A DNA stretch of 64,000 nucleotides from assembly GCA_044224925.1 (NCBI GenBank), contig JBGAJM010000012.1:1510-65509 (forward strand), written 5' to 3'. This document shows positions 1-10,404 of this stretch, one piece after another. The stretch is from Candidatus Kapaibacterium sp. (GTDB lineage: Bacteria; Bacteroidota; Ignavibacteria; Kapaibacteriales; Kapaibacteriaceae). The translations under genes and the position numbers were made by a program. Every line of letters starts with the position of its first letter. Within the stretch, counting starts at the first letter, position 1. Under the pieces are notes generated by a model. It was given only the letters and a program-made list of their open reading frames with translations. It was not told where the DNA came from and did not search any database.

Positions 1-1
1 C

Positions 2-2209
2 CATCAATACGATCCACGCGGCGTGGTGCAGTTGATCCGCGTTGCCTACTACGACAATGCACGCATCATCGCGCCGATCACGGCTCCGAACTTCGACGGC
101 ACCATTGGTGGCGTTGTGGCCATCGAAGCACGCGATACGCTCTTCATCGGCGCCGATGTGATGATGAGTGGCGCAGGGTTCCGCGGTGGACTCCGCTCCG
201 TGTCGTACTCGAAATGCGAACAGGCTGACTATGCGTACGACTATGCATGGGGCCTCTCCGGAGAACGCGGCGACGGGATCGCGCAACGCGTGGGCTACAC
301 GGCCGGACGTGGTCGCTGGGCGACCGGTGGCGGTGGTGGCAACGGCAACAACGCCGGTGGTGGCGGAGGTGGCGGTGCCGGGGAAGGTGGACATGGCGGC
401 AAGTCGAACTACTACTGCAAGAATCCCGACGTGGGCGGCTTTGGCGGCAACGGCATGGCGCGCTTCATCACCGATCAGCGCGTGTTCCTTGGTGGTGGTG
501 GTGGTGGCGGACACGACAATGATTCCATGGGCACCCATGGTGCAACGGGCGGCGGCATCGTGATGCTGCGTGCACGTGTGATCGATGGTGCATCGAATGC
601 CATCGATGTGCGCGGACAAAGCGCTCGCGTTTCAGATCGCGATGGAGCCGGTGGTGGCGGAGCCGGTGGCTCGGTGATCATTGACTGTGATACGATCACG
701 TCGACGTTGATCATTCTTGCCAACGGTGGGAACGGCGGCGACAACATGAACGAATACAATGTTCATGGTCCCGGTGGCGGCGGTGGCGGTGGTGCGGTGA
801 TCTTCACTCGCGCTCATCCCAAGGCCATTCCATCGATCGAAGGTGGCCGCAGCGGCATCATCCTTTCGAACAACACGGATGCAGGTTCGGACGCAAAGGG
901 CAAGCACTGGGGTGCGCGCGATGGTGCGGTCGGACTGCTCGACACGAACTTCACATGGCGTCGGCGCATCGATCCGGTCCTCACTGTTTCGTCGACAGAA
1001 GAGATCTGTCCGGGCGATACGGCAACACTCGCCGCATCGACCGGATTCGTTTCGTATCGATGGAGCAACGGCGACACGTCGCGCATCGCACGCACCACAC
1101 AGCCCGGCACATACTACGTGGTGGCCATCGACAACGGTGGATGCCTGCATCGCTCGACAGATGTAACTGTGCGATTCGATCCCACGCTCTTTACCATGCC
1201 GAATCTGATCGACTTCGAGGCCATCGAATTGAATTCAACGCGCATCGAGACGATCGTCTTCCGCAGCAACGACGACGATACCATTGTGATCAATGCAGCC
1301 ACGCTTCCGAATGGATTCACCCTTCTGCGACCAACATCGTTCCCGATCGTGGTGGCGCCATTCGGCACGGTGGACTTCGAGATCTCCTACATGCCAACGC
1401 AGGACAAGAGCTACGACGGCGTGATGGACCTTACGATAAGCACACCCTGTGCAGCGAGTCACACGGTCACCATCCTCGGTCAAGTAAGTCCGGTGGCCGC
1501 ACAGTTCAGCATCCCCGATACATCGGCCATGGTCGGCACGGCCGGGTTCCGTATCCCGATCCGCATGACGGCAACACCGGACTCGGTGGACCTTCCAAAC
1601 AGCACGTTCGCCATTACCATATCGTTTGATGCACGCGTGTACAAACTCGATACGGTCACAACGGGTACCATTACCAACGATGTGATCGACATCATTGCGA
1701 ACAAGCGCACGACGACGATCCGCTTCGACAGTGTGCACATCCTTCCGACAGAGCGCACGATCACGTCGTTGCAAGGAACGGTGCTTCTTTCGCCCGTGCT
1801 TCAAACACCGATCACGATCGACAAGGTGGAATGGTTGGACGTTGTGCAGCGACCGGCCACGACCGTGCGCGATGGCACGCTGCAAGTACTGCCGGATTGT
1901 TTCTATCAAGGTCGGGCCGTGAAGCTCTTCGGAACAGCAACGTTGCAAGTGCGACCGATCCCTGCGCGTGAACAAGTGGTGATCACGGCAACGCTCTCGG
2001 CGCCTGGCCGCTACAGCATTCAGATCGTCTCGTCGGATGGCAAGGAAGTGTTCTCACGGATCTACGATCATGTCGAGACGGTGCACACCACCGAAACCGA
2101 TACGCTCGATGTGCGCATGCCTGTCTACGATCTGCCTGCGGGCGTCTACGTTGTGCGATTCCAGACGCCATCCGAGATCATCACTCGAACATTCCCCGTG
2201 GTGCCCTAA
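2..2209 (+). CDS. Gly-rich secreted protein with Ig-like/choice-of-anchor-D domains and T9SS C-terminal sorting domain (5'-partial)
   Basis: Frame is open to the window edge. Gly-rich GGGGG motifs, a YRWSNG Ig-like repeat, and C-terminal 'VRPIPARE...DLPAGVYVVRF' typical of a T9SS type A CTD. Confidence 0.8.
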   Translation, partial: HQYDPRGVVQLIRVAYYDNARIIAPITAPNFDGTIGGVVAIEARDTLFIGADVMMSGAGFRGGLRSVSYSKCEQADYAYDYAWGLSGERGDGIAQRVGYTAGRGRWATGGGGGNGNNAGGGGGGGAGEGGHGGKSNYYCKNPDVGGFGGNGMARFITDQRVFLGGGGGGGHDNDSMGTHGATGGGIVMLRARVIDGASNAIDVRGQSARVSDRDGAGGGGAGGSVIIDCDTITSTLIILANGGNGGDNMNEYNVHGPGGGGGGGAVIFTRAHPKAIPSIEGGRSGIILSNNTDAGSDAKGKHWGARDGAVGLLDTNFTWRRRIDPVLTVSSTEEICPGDTATLAASTGFVSYRWSNGDTSRIARTTQPGTYYVVAIDNGGCLHRSTDVTVRFDPTLFTMPNLIDFEAIELNSTRIETIVFRSNDDDTIVINAATLPNGFTLLRPTSFPIVVAPFGTVDFEISYMPTQDKSYDGVMDLTISTPCAASHTVTILGQVSPVAAQFSIPDTSAMVGTAGFRIPIRMTATPDSVDLPNSTFAITISFDARVYKLDTVTTGTITNDVIDIIANKRTTTIRFDSVHILPTERTITSLQGTVLLSPVLQTPITIDKVEWLDVVQRPATTVRDGTLQVLPDCFYQGRAVKLFGTATLQVRPIPAREQVVITATLSAPGRYSIQIVSSDGKEVFSRIYDHVETVHTTETDTLDVRMPVYDLPAGVYVVRFQTPSEIITRTFPVVP

Positions 2210-2212
2210 CGC

Positions 2213-3589
2213 TTATCGCGTTACGATGAGCGATGGATCGATGCCATGCGGTGCACGTTCCCGCACAATGGCCTCCAGCGCCGCCTTGCCGCCTTCCGTC
2301 AGCCATTCCTCAGCAATATTGGGAATGGTCATCATTCGGTCCATCCACGCATCGTTCTCCTGCCCCATGCGCAACGCCGTTGCATACGGCACATGCGAGA
2401 ACGTCACCAACGTGTAGAGCGGGATCCAACGCTCCGGATAGGTCGCATAGAGATAGGCCTCGATCTTCTTGCGGAGTGCGAACACCGGATCGGCCACCTT
2501 ATCACGCATCTCGAAGAAGTTCGCAATGGCCAGATCAGCAATGGCATCGCCATTCGGCTTGCGGAGTTCTTGATAGCGCGCAAGGGCTGTGGTCCAATCG
2601 TCGTTGGCGTCATCGAGACATTCGATGAGCACACGACAGTCTTCGAAGCCACAGTTCATGCCTTGTCCGTAGAACGGCACAATGGCATGCGCCGCATCTC
2701 CGATGAGGGCCACGTTGTTCGATACCCACGGATAGCACTTCACCGTCATGAGCGACGATTCCGGATTCGTGAAGTAGTCATCGACGATGGTGGGCATCAT
2801 GGCAACGGCATCGGGGAACTGCTCGTTGAAGAAGGCGGCCACCGATTCGCGCGTGGTGAGCTCTGCGAACGACGGAGATCCCTCGTGCGCAAAGAAGAGC
2901 GTGCACGTGAAGCTGCCGTCAAGATTGGGCAGGGCTATCATCATGTAGGAATGACGTGGCCAGATATGCAGTGCATGTTTCTCGATCTGGAACTCACCAT
3001 TGGCAGCGGCAGGGATATGAAGTTCCTTGTAGCCATGCTGCAGATACGATTGCGAATAGTTGAATCGGTCCAGGTACTGCATGCGGCCACGAACGGCGCT
3101 GTAGGCCCCGTCGGCGGCGATGAGCAGATCGGATGCGATGGTCGTTCGCTCGCCACTCTGCACATGTTCGAAGGTGGCGGAGGGGGCGGCAAGGTTGATG
3201 TCGGTGCAGCGTTGCTCGAACGAGATGGTCACGCCATGACGTTCTGCAAGGGTGAGGAGCGACTTGTTGAGTTCACCGCGCGAAACGGAGTTGATGGCCT
3301 GGTCACCCACGCCATAAGGCGCATATGTTTGCGCGCCATGGACGTCGTGCATCATGCGGCCTCGCATGGGAATTGCGATCTCGCGAACATCGTCGGCGAT
3401 GCCGGCAAGTTCAAGTGCGCGCAGACCACGATCGGACAAGGCAAGATTGATGGAACGTCCGGCGCTGATGTTCGCAGCGCGCATGTCGGGTCGACGTTCA
3501 ACCACGTGCACACCATATCCTCGCTTGGCCAACAGCACAGCGAGCAAACATCCAACAGGTCCGCCACCAACGATCGTGATCGACTTCAT
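2213..3589 (-). CDS. kmo: Kynurenine 3-monooxygenase (FAD-dependent)
   Basis: Starts MKSITIVGGGPVG (Rossmann). Contains GRSINLALSDRG, ALHIWPR and GDAAHAIVPFYGQGMNCGFED, signatures of KMO. Confidence 0.92.
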   Translation of the reverse strand: MKSITIVGGGPVGCLLAVLLAKRGYGVHVVERRPDMRAANISAGRSINLALSDRGLRALELAGIADDVREIAIPMRGRMMHDVHGAQTYAPYGVGDQAINSVSRGELNKSLLTLAERHGVTISFEQRCTDINLAAPSATFEHVQSGERTTIASDLLIAADGAYSAVRGRMQYLDRFNYSQSYLQHGYKELHIPAAANGEFQIEKHALHIWPRHSYMMIALPNLDGSFTCTLFFAHEGSPSFAELTTRESVAAFFNEQFPDAVAMMPTIVDDYFTNPESSLMTVKCYPWVSNNVALIGDAAHAIVPFYGQGMNCGFEDCRVLIECLDDANDDWTTALARYQELRKPNGDAIADLAIANFFEMRDKVADPVFALRKKIEAYLYATYPERWIPLYTLVTFSHVPYATALRMGQENDAWMDRMMTIPNIAEEWLTEGGKAALEAIVRERAPHGIDPSLIVTR

Positions 3590-3591
3590 GA

Positions 3592-4164
3592 TTACATCTC
3601 GATAAGGGGAGTAAAGATCGGATCGCGCAATTGAAACGAGCTTTGAAGGGACGATGCGGCGATCACCCATTCCGTGCAACTGCGCGTCGTGCGAAAGCGT
3701 GCAACATTCGTGCAGCCCATGATAACCGTACACCATGCTCCATCGTTCACGATGCGCAGTTCTTTTGGACTAGCACCCGCACCTTCAGCGCCAACGAAGA
3801 CGGCGCCGTCGGATGAGGTGACGATGGTATTGCTGTTGGTGATGTCGATGCGAATGCCGCTGTCCGCACGCATGCGCATGGCATACGGCGTGGTGCGCGT
3901 ACATACGGTCACCGACCCGCCGGTGGCCAGGGTGATCTCGGTCGAGAACGTCCCGTCGGTCAGTCCCGGCACCCGCAACGCAAAGGCCGATGTATCGTGT
4001 GTGCCGACCACGTTGGGTTGTTCGATCTGCATCGCATGCCGATCGCGCAGAACACGTCCTTCGAGCGGATAGTAGGAGTTCTCGTGCAGCTTGAAACTGT
4101 ACGGATCTCCGCAGCCGATCAACAGCATGCAGAGCACCACTCCACCGATGAAGAGCTTACTCAT
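3592..4164 (-). CDS. Hypothetical lipoprotein (190 aa)
   Basis: ATG at 4164 gives MSKLFIGGVVLCMLLIGC (lipobox). It is fused to the upstream gene in the ORF track only because of a frameshift. Confidence 0.7.
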   Translation of the reverse strand: MSKLFIGGVVLCMLLIGCGDPYSFKLHENSYYPLEGRVLRDRHAMQIEQPNVVGTHDTSAFALRVPGLTDGTFSTEITLATGGSVTVCTRTTPYAMRMRADSGIRIDITNSNTIVTSSDGAVFVGAEGAGASPKELRIVNDGAWCTVIMGCTNVARFRTTRSCTEWVIAASSLQSSFQLRDPIFTPLIEM

Positions 4165-5559
4165 GCGGATATCCCTTGCCGTAGCGAAGCTCGCTGCGGT
4201 GGAAGATCTTGTCGAACAGACCGGCACCGATGCCCAGATAGAATCCGCTGAAGTTGGTGGAGAACGGCTTCCACCGGAATCATAGCCCTTCGCACTGCCC
4301 GTTTCGCCGCTTGCATAGCCCGCAACGAATTGAATGGTGGTGTTGTCGCCAACCGGGAAGGCAATGCGTGCACCAACATGTGTGAACTGCGACGGCGTGT
4401 AGTTGTACTCAACAAATGGTTCCACGGCAACATTGTCCGAGAACACATTGAACCATCCGCTCAGACGGATCGGCAACACACCAATGCCATAGCCCGTGGC
4501 ACCGAGCATCACGCCGTTGAACAGCGATGTACCAATGGCAATGTGTTGGTTCAGGAACGGAAGGGCCAGCATGGCATTGCCAACGCGTGCCGTGAAGCCC
4601 GTGAGTTTGCTCGCACTGTCACCCGTTTTATCGGGCGAGAAGATCGAGGCCACTTGATTGCTTGCGCCGATGAAGTTGAACTGGATGAGACCGATCTCCC
4701 ACGCAGAATGCTCGTGATACTTCCACTCGGTTTCCGTTTCTTCTTGTCGGTTCAAAAAGTCGAACGTGGTGAAACCAAGACCCATGTAGGGGAACGATAC
4801 AAAGCCACTCGAATACCCGGAGCCTGCGCCCGCCAGTCCCTGCATGCCGAATGTATACCCCGCATAGGCACGGAAGTTCACGCCGCCGATACTGCCGATC
4901 TCGAGTGCCACGTTCGGATTCACGTACTGCGATGTGATGGCCGAGAACGACATGCCGGGTGTGATGGAGACGTAGGGGATCTTGTCGTGGATGCGAAACC
5001 GCTTCTTCACGGAGAGAACACCAACGCCCGTGAGACGGTGCTCGGACGATGCATCGGGTTGCATGAGCTCATAGGCTGTGATACCCCACGACCAATCGGG
5101 ATCGTCGTCGAACCAGCGCAGCCGCCATTCGGCAATGCCGAAGCGATAGATGGCGCCAACGAAGAGTTGTGATGATGTGGTGTCGGGAGGATTGCCGAAG
5201 AGGTATTCATCGATGTCGAATTGAATACCGAAGACACCGCGGTTGAGCGAGTTTCCGCCCTGACCCGAGAAGGCAAGACCCACCGATTCAAAGAGGGCCA
5301 ATCGTATGAAATTCGGATACTCGCGCGTGACCACACTGTCGTGTTGCAGCACGTTCCGATCGTACGAGATCACACGCGACGATGGATAGATCACACCGTT
5401 ATCTCGGTCGCCCGGTGGATTCTGCACGCGCTCGGTCACGACCGTGTCGTGACGTGTGATGGTATGCACGTCCTTCTCCGTTCGCGTGAACGAAGAGCAT
5501 CCCACCAGTGCACTCATGAGCAGAGCGCCAACAGCGAAGAGTATGCGGTGTTGCTTCAT
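4157..5559 (-). CDS. Hypothetical lipoprotein / outer-membrane beta-strand-rich protein, frameshifted near 4270
   Basis: Lipobox LVGC. A natural C-terminus FSTNFSGFYLGIGAGLFDKIFHRSELRYGKGYPHE* lies in another frame, ends at TAA 4157-4159 and overlaps the next ATG. Confidence 0.7.
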
Positions 5560-5561
5560 GG

Positions 5562-5882
5562 TCAGTCGAGAGAGATGATATCAACAACCGTTGCCGGCGT
5601 TCCAACGCGACAGCGCGGTGTGGCCGTCGAGTCCAACCGAATGCGAAGCGTGGCCTTGGCGTCTTGCTTCTGCACCTTGCGCACGATCGACGCGTCGCCG
5701 TCCACTTGATAGAATTTCTTGTCCGCCACCTTCGTGCCCACTTCGATCACCCAACAATCATCACCACCCACGACCTTGTTCATCACGCCGGTGACGACGA
5801 TGGTCCCTTCTGTTGACACGGCAGTAGCGCAGCCACCAAGGACAAGGAGGGCGGCAAGGAGGGAGAGGAGGAGGTTGATCAT
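5562..5882 (-). CDS. Small hypothetical lipoprotein (106 aa)
   Basis: MINLLLSLLAALLVLGGC lipobox. ATGA overlap with the upstream FAH gene. Confidence 0.7.
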   Translation of the reverse strand: MINLLLSLLAALLVLGGCATAVSTEGTIVVTGVMNKVVGGDDCWVIEVGTKVADKKFYQVDGDASIVRKVQKQDAKATLRIRLDSTATPRCRVGTPATVVDIISLD

Positions 5883-6526
5883 GAGAAGTGGACCGTAAGC
5901 GTGATGAGATCTTGGAGTGCGGCAATGGCCGTGTCGCCTGCATGCAGTTGTGCAACCCCTTCGGGTGTTCCGGTAAAAATACAATCGCCGCGGCGCAGCG
6001 TGAACACCGAGCTCACATACGAGATCAACTCCTCCACGCTTCGCTCCATGTTCGCCGTGGTGCCGGACTGACGGAGTTCGCCGTTCACGTGGAGCGTAAA
6101 TCCAAGAGCACCGTTGGGAACATCAGCAATGGGCACAATGGCCGAGACCGGTGCCGAGTGCTTCCAACTCTTTGCCACGGCCCACGGCTCGCCACGTTGC
6201 TTTGCACCTTGCTGCACGTCGCGTGCCGTCAGGTCGAGCCCGATGCCCACACCGGCGATCAACGATGCCGCGTTCTCTTTCGCAACGTTCTCACCATCGA
6301 CACCGATCACCACCACCAGCTCCACTTCGTGATGCACGTTCGTCGAGAACGGTGGCAAGACAATGGTGCTTCCGTTGGCAGCGTAGGCGGCTGGCGGTTT
6401 GAGAAAGACGATCGGTGCTTCCGGCACAGGTGCATTCATCTCACGCGCATGTGCGGCATAGTTCCGTCCGATACAGTACATCGTGCCGATCGGCATGGTG
6501 GTGCCATTCGTGAACGTCCACATCAT
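5879..6526 (-). CDS. Fumarylacetoacetate hydrolase family protein
   Basis: CIGRNYAAHARE, HHEVELVVVIG, DLTARDVQ and TGTPEGV motifs. Confidence 0.92.
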   Translation of the reverse strand: MMWTFTNGTTMPIGTMYCIGRNYAAHAREMNAPVPEAPIVFLKPPAAYAANGSTIVLPPFSTNVHHEVELVVVIGVDGENVAKENAASLIAGVGIGLDLTARDVQQGAKQRGEPWAVAKSWKHSAPVSAIVPIADVPNGALGFTLHVNGELRQSGTTANMERSVEELISYVSSVFTLRRGDCIFTGTPEGVAQLHAGDTAIAALQDLITLTVHFS

Positions 6527-8706
6527 TCGTCCTTCTTTGGTAGGTCTGCCGGAGATCGTTCCGGTTCGTTCTCAACAGGTGGTCGGTCCGGTGGTACTTC
6601 TGCCGGCGGATCGATCATCACATCAACACCAACCGTATCGGCACTGTCTGCCTGCATATCGAAGTGGATAGCCGGATAGCCAAGCGCAGGGTTGCCATAG
6701 ACCTTCGACATCAGTCTGCCCCAGATCGGTGCTGCCGCCCTGCCACCTTGCCCATAATCTCCGGTGAACTGCACGCGTCGATCATCAAAGCCCACCCATA
6801 CGCCGGCCACGAGCTGCGGTGTGTAGCCCACGAACCATGCGTCGGCAAAGTCGTTGGTGGTGCCGGTCTTCCCGGCCGCATCACCGCGATAGAACTTGCG
6901 AATGCTCGATGCCGTGCCGCCGTCCACAACACCGCGCATGATGCTGATCATGTTGCGAGCGACGGATGGACTGATAGCGTCGGTGACGGTCGATGGAAGT
7001 CGTGCCTCGTACAACACATTGCCCATGCGGTCTTCGATGCGCGTGATGTACGAAGGCGGCACGCTCACACCATGATTGACAAAGGCGCCATACGCACCGG
7101 TCATCTCGAGCGGTGTGACCTCCACAGCTCCAAGGGCAATGGAGGGAACAGGGTGGAGAGGGGATTGAATGCCGAGACGCTGACAGAGGGCGACCACCTT
7201 CGAGGGCGAGGTGTGTTCGGTGATGAGTCGTGCAGCAACGGTGTTCACCGAGAATTTCAAGGCGGTGCGCAAGGCCATCGGTCCGCCGGTCTTGCTTGCT
7301 CCACTTGGCGACCAGATCTCGCCCGTTGGAAGTTGATACGTGAACGGTCCGCTCTCGATCTCGGTATCGGGTGTGAGTCCGTCTTCAAATGCCGAAGCAT
7401 ACACGAATGGTTTGAACGACGAGCCGGGCTGACGTCGTGCTTGCGTTGCATGGTTGAACGAATAGCGTGCCGTGGGGTTGAGCTTCATGCTTTGCGGCGA
7501 TGCGCCCACCATGGCAAGAATGGCGCCCGTGCGAGGGTCCATCACCACAACGGCTGCTTCGATGGTGGTGGCATCGCGCTTCACGGAATCCACAAAGGCG
7601 CGGTTCTTCTTCAAGCGTTCGGCAACACGAGCGCGCTCTGCGCCACGCGCCGCGATATAGGCCGGTGTGGCGCGCACAGCACGGTCGAGGAGTTGATTGA
7701 TGATCTGCCACCGACCCTTCCACGACCAATTGCGTTCGAACAACTGTTGATACGTAGCAAGGTGTTCGGCAACAGCATCGTTGGCAGCGCGTTGAATGCC
7801 GGAGTTCAGCGTGGTGTGAATGATCAGTCCGTCGCGATACAGATCGTGATCCTGCAGTTTTCCATTTGCAACATTGCCGCGACTGAGTTGCTGACGGATG
7901 GCCTCGACAAAGTGCGGTGCGATCCCGCGCGTGATCGATGCCGGTGTTGGATGGGCAAGCGGTTCTGCTGTTGCGGCGGCCCACTGATCTCCCGTCAAGT
8001 AGCCTTCATCGGTCATCATCGTGAGGATCAGATTCCGTCGCGAGATCCCCGCGCTATCGTTGCTGTTGTACTTCTCCGGTGCTTTGAACAATCCAACGAG
8101 ATAGGCGCACTCTGCTGTGCTAAGGTTGATGGCCTGCTTGTTGAAGTAGACCTGTGCGGCCACCTGGATCCCGTACGCACCTCGGCCATAGTAGACCGTG
8201 TTGGCATACAGTTCCAGGATCTCGTGCTTCGTATACGTGCGTTCGATCTGCACGGCCGTCCACGCTTCGCGGATCTTGCGCGACAGTGTTTGTTCTTGTG
8301 TGAAGTACAGATTGCGAGCAAGCTGTTGCGTGATCGTCGATGCCCCTTCTTTCGCACGAAAGGCGAACACGTTCTTGAAGGCGGCCTTGATGATGCGCAT
8401 CGAATGCACGCCCCAGTGATCATAGAAGGCCCTGTCCTCGGTGGCGATCAAGGCGTTGACGAAGTTCTTTGGAATGGAGTCGAACGGGATGTACGTGCGA
8501 CGTGTGGTGGCAAAGTGTTCGAGCAACACTCCGTCGGCCGAGAACACCTGCGTTGCAAGGTCCTGCTTCGGATGTTCCAGTTGCGCCAGTGTGGGCATGG
8601 AATCGTCGTTCACCACCACGAGAGCATAGAGGGCAACGAGCACCACGATGGTGCCGGATGTCCATGCAAGGAATTTCAGGGTAAGGTAGGGGGTGATGCG
8701 TTTCAT
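6523..8706 (-). CDS. mrcA: Class A penicillin-binding protein (PBP1A family)
   Basis: Transglycosylase motifs TEDRAFYDH, GASTITQQL and RKIRE. Transpeptidase motifs GSSFKP, SVN and KTGT. Confidence 0.9.
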   Translation of the reverse strand: MKRITPYLTLKFLAWTSGTIVVLVALYALVVVNDDSMPTLAQLEHPKQDLATQVFSADGVLLEHFATTRRTYIPFDSIPKNFVNALIATEDRAFYDHWGVHSMRIIKAAFKNVFAFRAKEGASTITQQLARNLYFTQEQTLSRKIREAWTAVQIERTYTKHEILELYANTVYYGRGAYGIQVAAQVYFNKQAINLSTAECAYLVGLFKAPEKYNSNDSAGISRRNLILTMMTDEGYLTGDQWAAATAEPLAHPTPASITRGIAPHFVEAIRQQLSRGNVANGKLQDHDLYRDGLIIHTTLNSGIQRAANDAVAEHLATYQQLFERNWSWKGRWQIINQLLDRAVRATPAYIAARGAERARVAERLKKNRAFVDSVKRDATTIEAAVVVMDPRTGAILAMVGASPQSMKLNPTARYSFNHATQARRQPGSSFKPFVYASAFEDGLTPDTEIESGPFTYQLPTGEIWSPSGASKTGGPMALRTALKFSVNTVAARLITEHTSPSKVVALCQRLGIQSPLHPVPSIALGAVEVTPLEMTGAYGAFVNHGVSVPPSYITRIEDRMGNVLYEARLPSTVTDAISPSVARNMISIMRGVVDGGTASSIRKFYRGDAAGKTGTTNDFADAWFVGYTPQLVAGVWVGFDDRRVQFTGDYGQGGRAAAPIWGRLMSKVYGNPALGYPAIHFDMQADSADTVGVDVMIDPPAEVPPDRPPVENEPERSPADLPKKDE

Positions 8707-10404
8707 TTATCGGAGGACCTTTACGAGTTCGACGCGACGGGCGCGTTTTCTCCACACATCCGTTGGTTCGTCGTGACGTCGGGCGGGAAGGAGCGACTCG
8801 CCCGCAGTGCGACCCTCAAGCAATTCGCGCGACACACCGCGCTTCACCAGTTCTTCGATCACGAACTCCACGCGATGCTTGCCGAGCACGAGGTTCGATG
8901 CTGTTGTGCCCACATCGTCGGTATGTCCGATCAGCACAAGTTTCTGCAGTCGGTTCCCGCTCATCCTGATGTTCGTCGCGATCAGGTCGAGCGACGCTCG
9001 CCACGACGTCGACGTTTCCATGCCGTTCGAGTCGAGCGTGTTCGGATACGGATCGTTGAACACGTTCGTAGGAAAATTGATGCGCAAGTAGAACGTGAGC
9101 GGGATCTCGAAATAGGGGACAGAGATCGTGCTATCGCCCATGCCGGCAGGAATGCTGATCACCTTCGAATCGAAGAACAGATCGGCGGATTGTGCGCTCA
9201 CTTCCACGTTCGTACCGGTTGGTACCTTCAACGAGTAGTTCCCGTTGACATCGGTCTTCGTGGAGTTCACGGATTGCGGCGTGTTCACATCGTGTGCCTG
9301 CACATCGGCATGGGCAACAGGTGTGTTCGACCGCTCCATTACCACGGTGCCTCGAAGGATGGCAGAGTCGGGCACCACGGAGTCTTCACGAACTGGCGTG
9401 ATGATGGTGGGAACCACCACGGCAGCGGCGGCGATCTCGCGCTTCTTCTCGCGTGGTGTGCCGATGCTGGCACCTTCAACGCGGTGCAGCACCCAGATAT
9501 CGAACGTGCGTTGCTGATTCGACGAATAGTACAATGGCCAGTCGGTGTGGCCCGCCGGGATGTAGGGGAACATCTCATCGGCACGTGTGTTCACGGGAGC
9601 ACCGATGTTGCGGGCTTCGTAGGCAACGGTCACGCTCGTGCCGCGCGCATCGATGGCGGTGCGAAAGAGATCGTATCCGCCAACCGTCTCACGTCCGGAC
9701 GAGGAGAAGAGCAACGTGGTATCGCCGTGGACAAGACACGGTGACAGTTCATCGCACGGCGTGTTCACACGGTCGCCCATGTTCACGGGCTCGGACCATC
9801 CGGATGGTGTCCGTCGCGTATACCAAAGGTCTGTTCCGCCCATGCCGCCTTCCCTGTCGGAGGCAAAGATCATCAGCGTTCCATCGCGCGACGTGGTGGG
9901 TTGGGCATCCCAGAAGATCGGTGTGTTCACGGGAGCGGACAGAACATCGTCCACCACAAGTTCATCGTTCACTACCGTGGCCGAGGCGATCGAGGCGTCG
10001 CCCATGATGTCGGCGCTGCGCACCACACCCATGAATCGTTTTCCCGAAGAGCGTGCCGGCATGCGCGATACAGAATCGACGATGGTGCGTTCCACCGTCA
10101 TGTATTGATCGTGCGCCATGTTCACGCCCCACATTAGCGCATCCACATCACCGGCGGGCAGCAAGGCGAACTCGTCCTCGCGCGTGTTCGCGCCGCGAAC
10201 GATGCTGATCTTCCAATGGGTCTCGGGTGCAAGGACGGCGGCGGACGACGTGTCGATGTCCACGCGTTCAAGGCGCAAGGGAGAGCAGGAAGGTGGCGGG
10301 GGAGGAGGCGGGCAGCCTTGGAAGGCGCGTTTGGCGGGTCGTGGGGTGCAGGACGTGAGAAGGATCACGATCAGCGCAAGCATGCATCGATGCAGGGAAC
10401 TCAT
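8707..10404 (-). CDS. OmpA-family lipoprotein with PD40/WD40-like repeats
   Basis: Lipobox LTSC, FASDREGGMGGTDLW PD40 repeats, and OmpA_C motifs GHTDDVG...NLVLGKHR...RRVE. Confidence 0.82.
   Translation of the reverse strand: MSSLHRCMLALIVILLTSCTPRPAKRAFQGCPPPPPPPSCSPLRLERVDIDTSSAAVLAPETHWKISIVRGANTREDEFALLPAGDVDALMWGVNMAHDQYMTVERTIVDSVSRMPARSSGKRFMGVVRSADIMGDASIASATVVNDELVVDDVLSAPVNTPIFWDAQPTTSRDGTLMIFASDREGGMGGTDLWYTRRTPSGWSEPVNMGDRVNTPCDELSPCLVHGDTTLLFSSSGRETVGGYDLFRTAIDARGTSVTVAYEARNIGAPVNTRADEMFPYIPAGHTDWPLYYSSNQQRTFDIWVLHRVEGASIGTPREKKREIAAAAVVVPTIITPVREDSVVPDSAILRGTVVMERSNTPVAHADVQAHDVNTPQSVNSTKTDVNGNYSLKVPTGTNVEVSAQSADLFFDSKVISIPAGMGDSTISVPYFEIPLTFYLRINFPTNVFNDPYPNTLDSNGMETSTSWRASLDLIATNIRMSGNRLQKLVLIGHTDDVGTTASNLVLGKHRVEFVIEELVKRGVSRELLEGRTAGESLLPARRHDEPTDVWRKRARRVELVKVLR

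Noticed and set aside
310-800. GGT/GGC trinucleotide runs as repeats
   Set aside because: They are explained by poly-Gly coding in the secreted protein.
6664-9744. 1026-aa + strand ORF (also 20893-23829 -, 24155-27055 -, 57143-59158 -, 45145-46710 +)
   Set aside because: These are antisense shadows of well-supported genes, expected in GC-rich coding DNA, and show no recognisable motifs.
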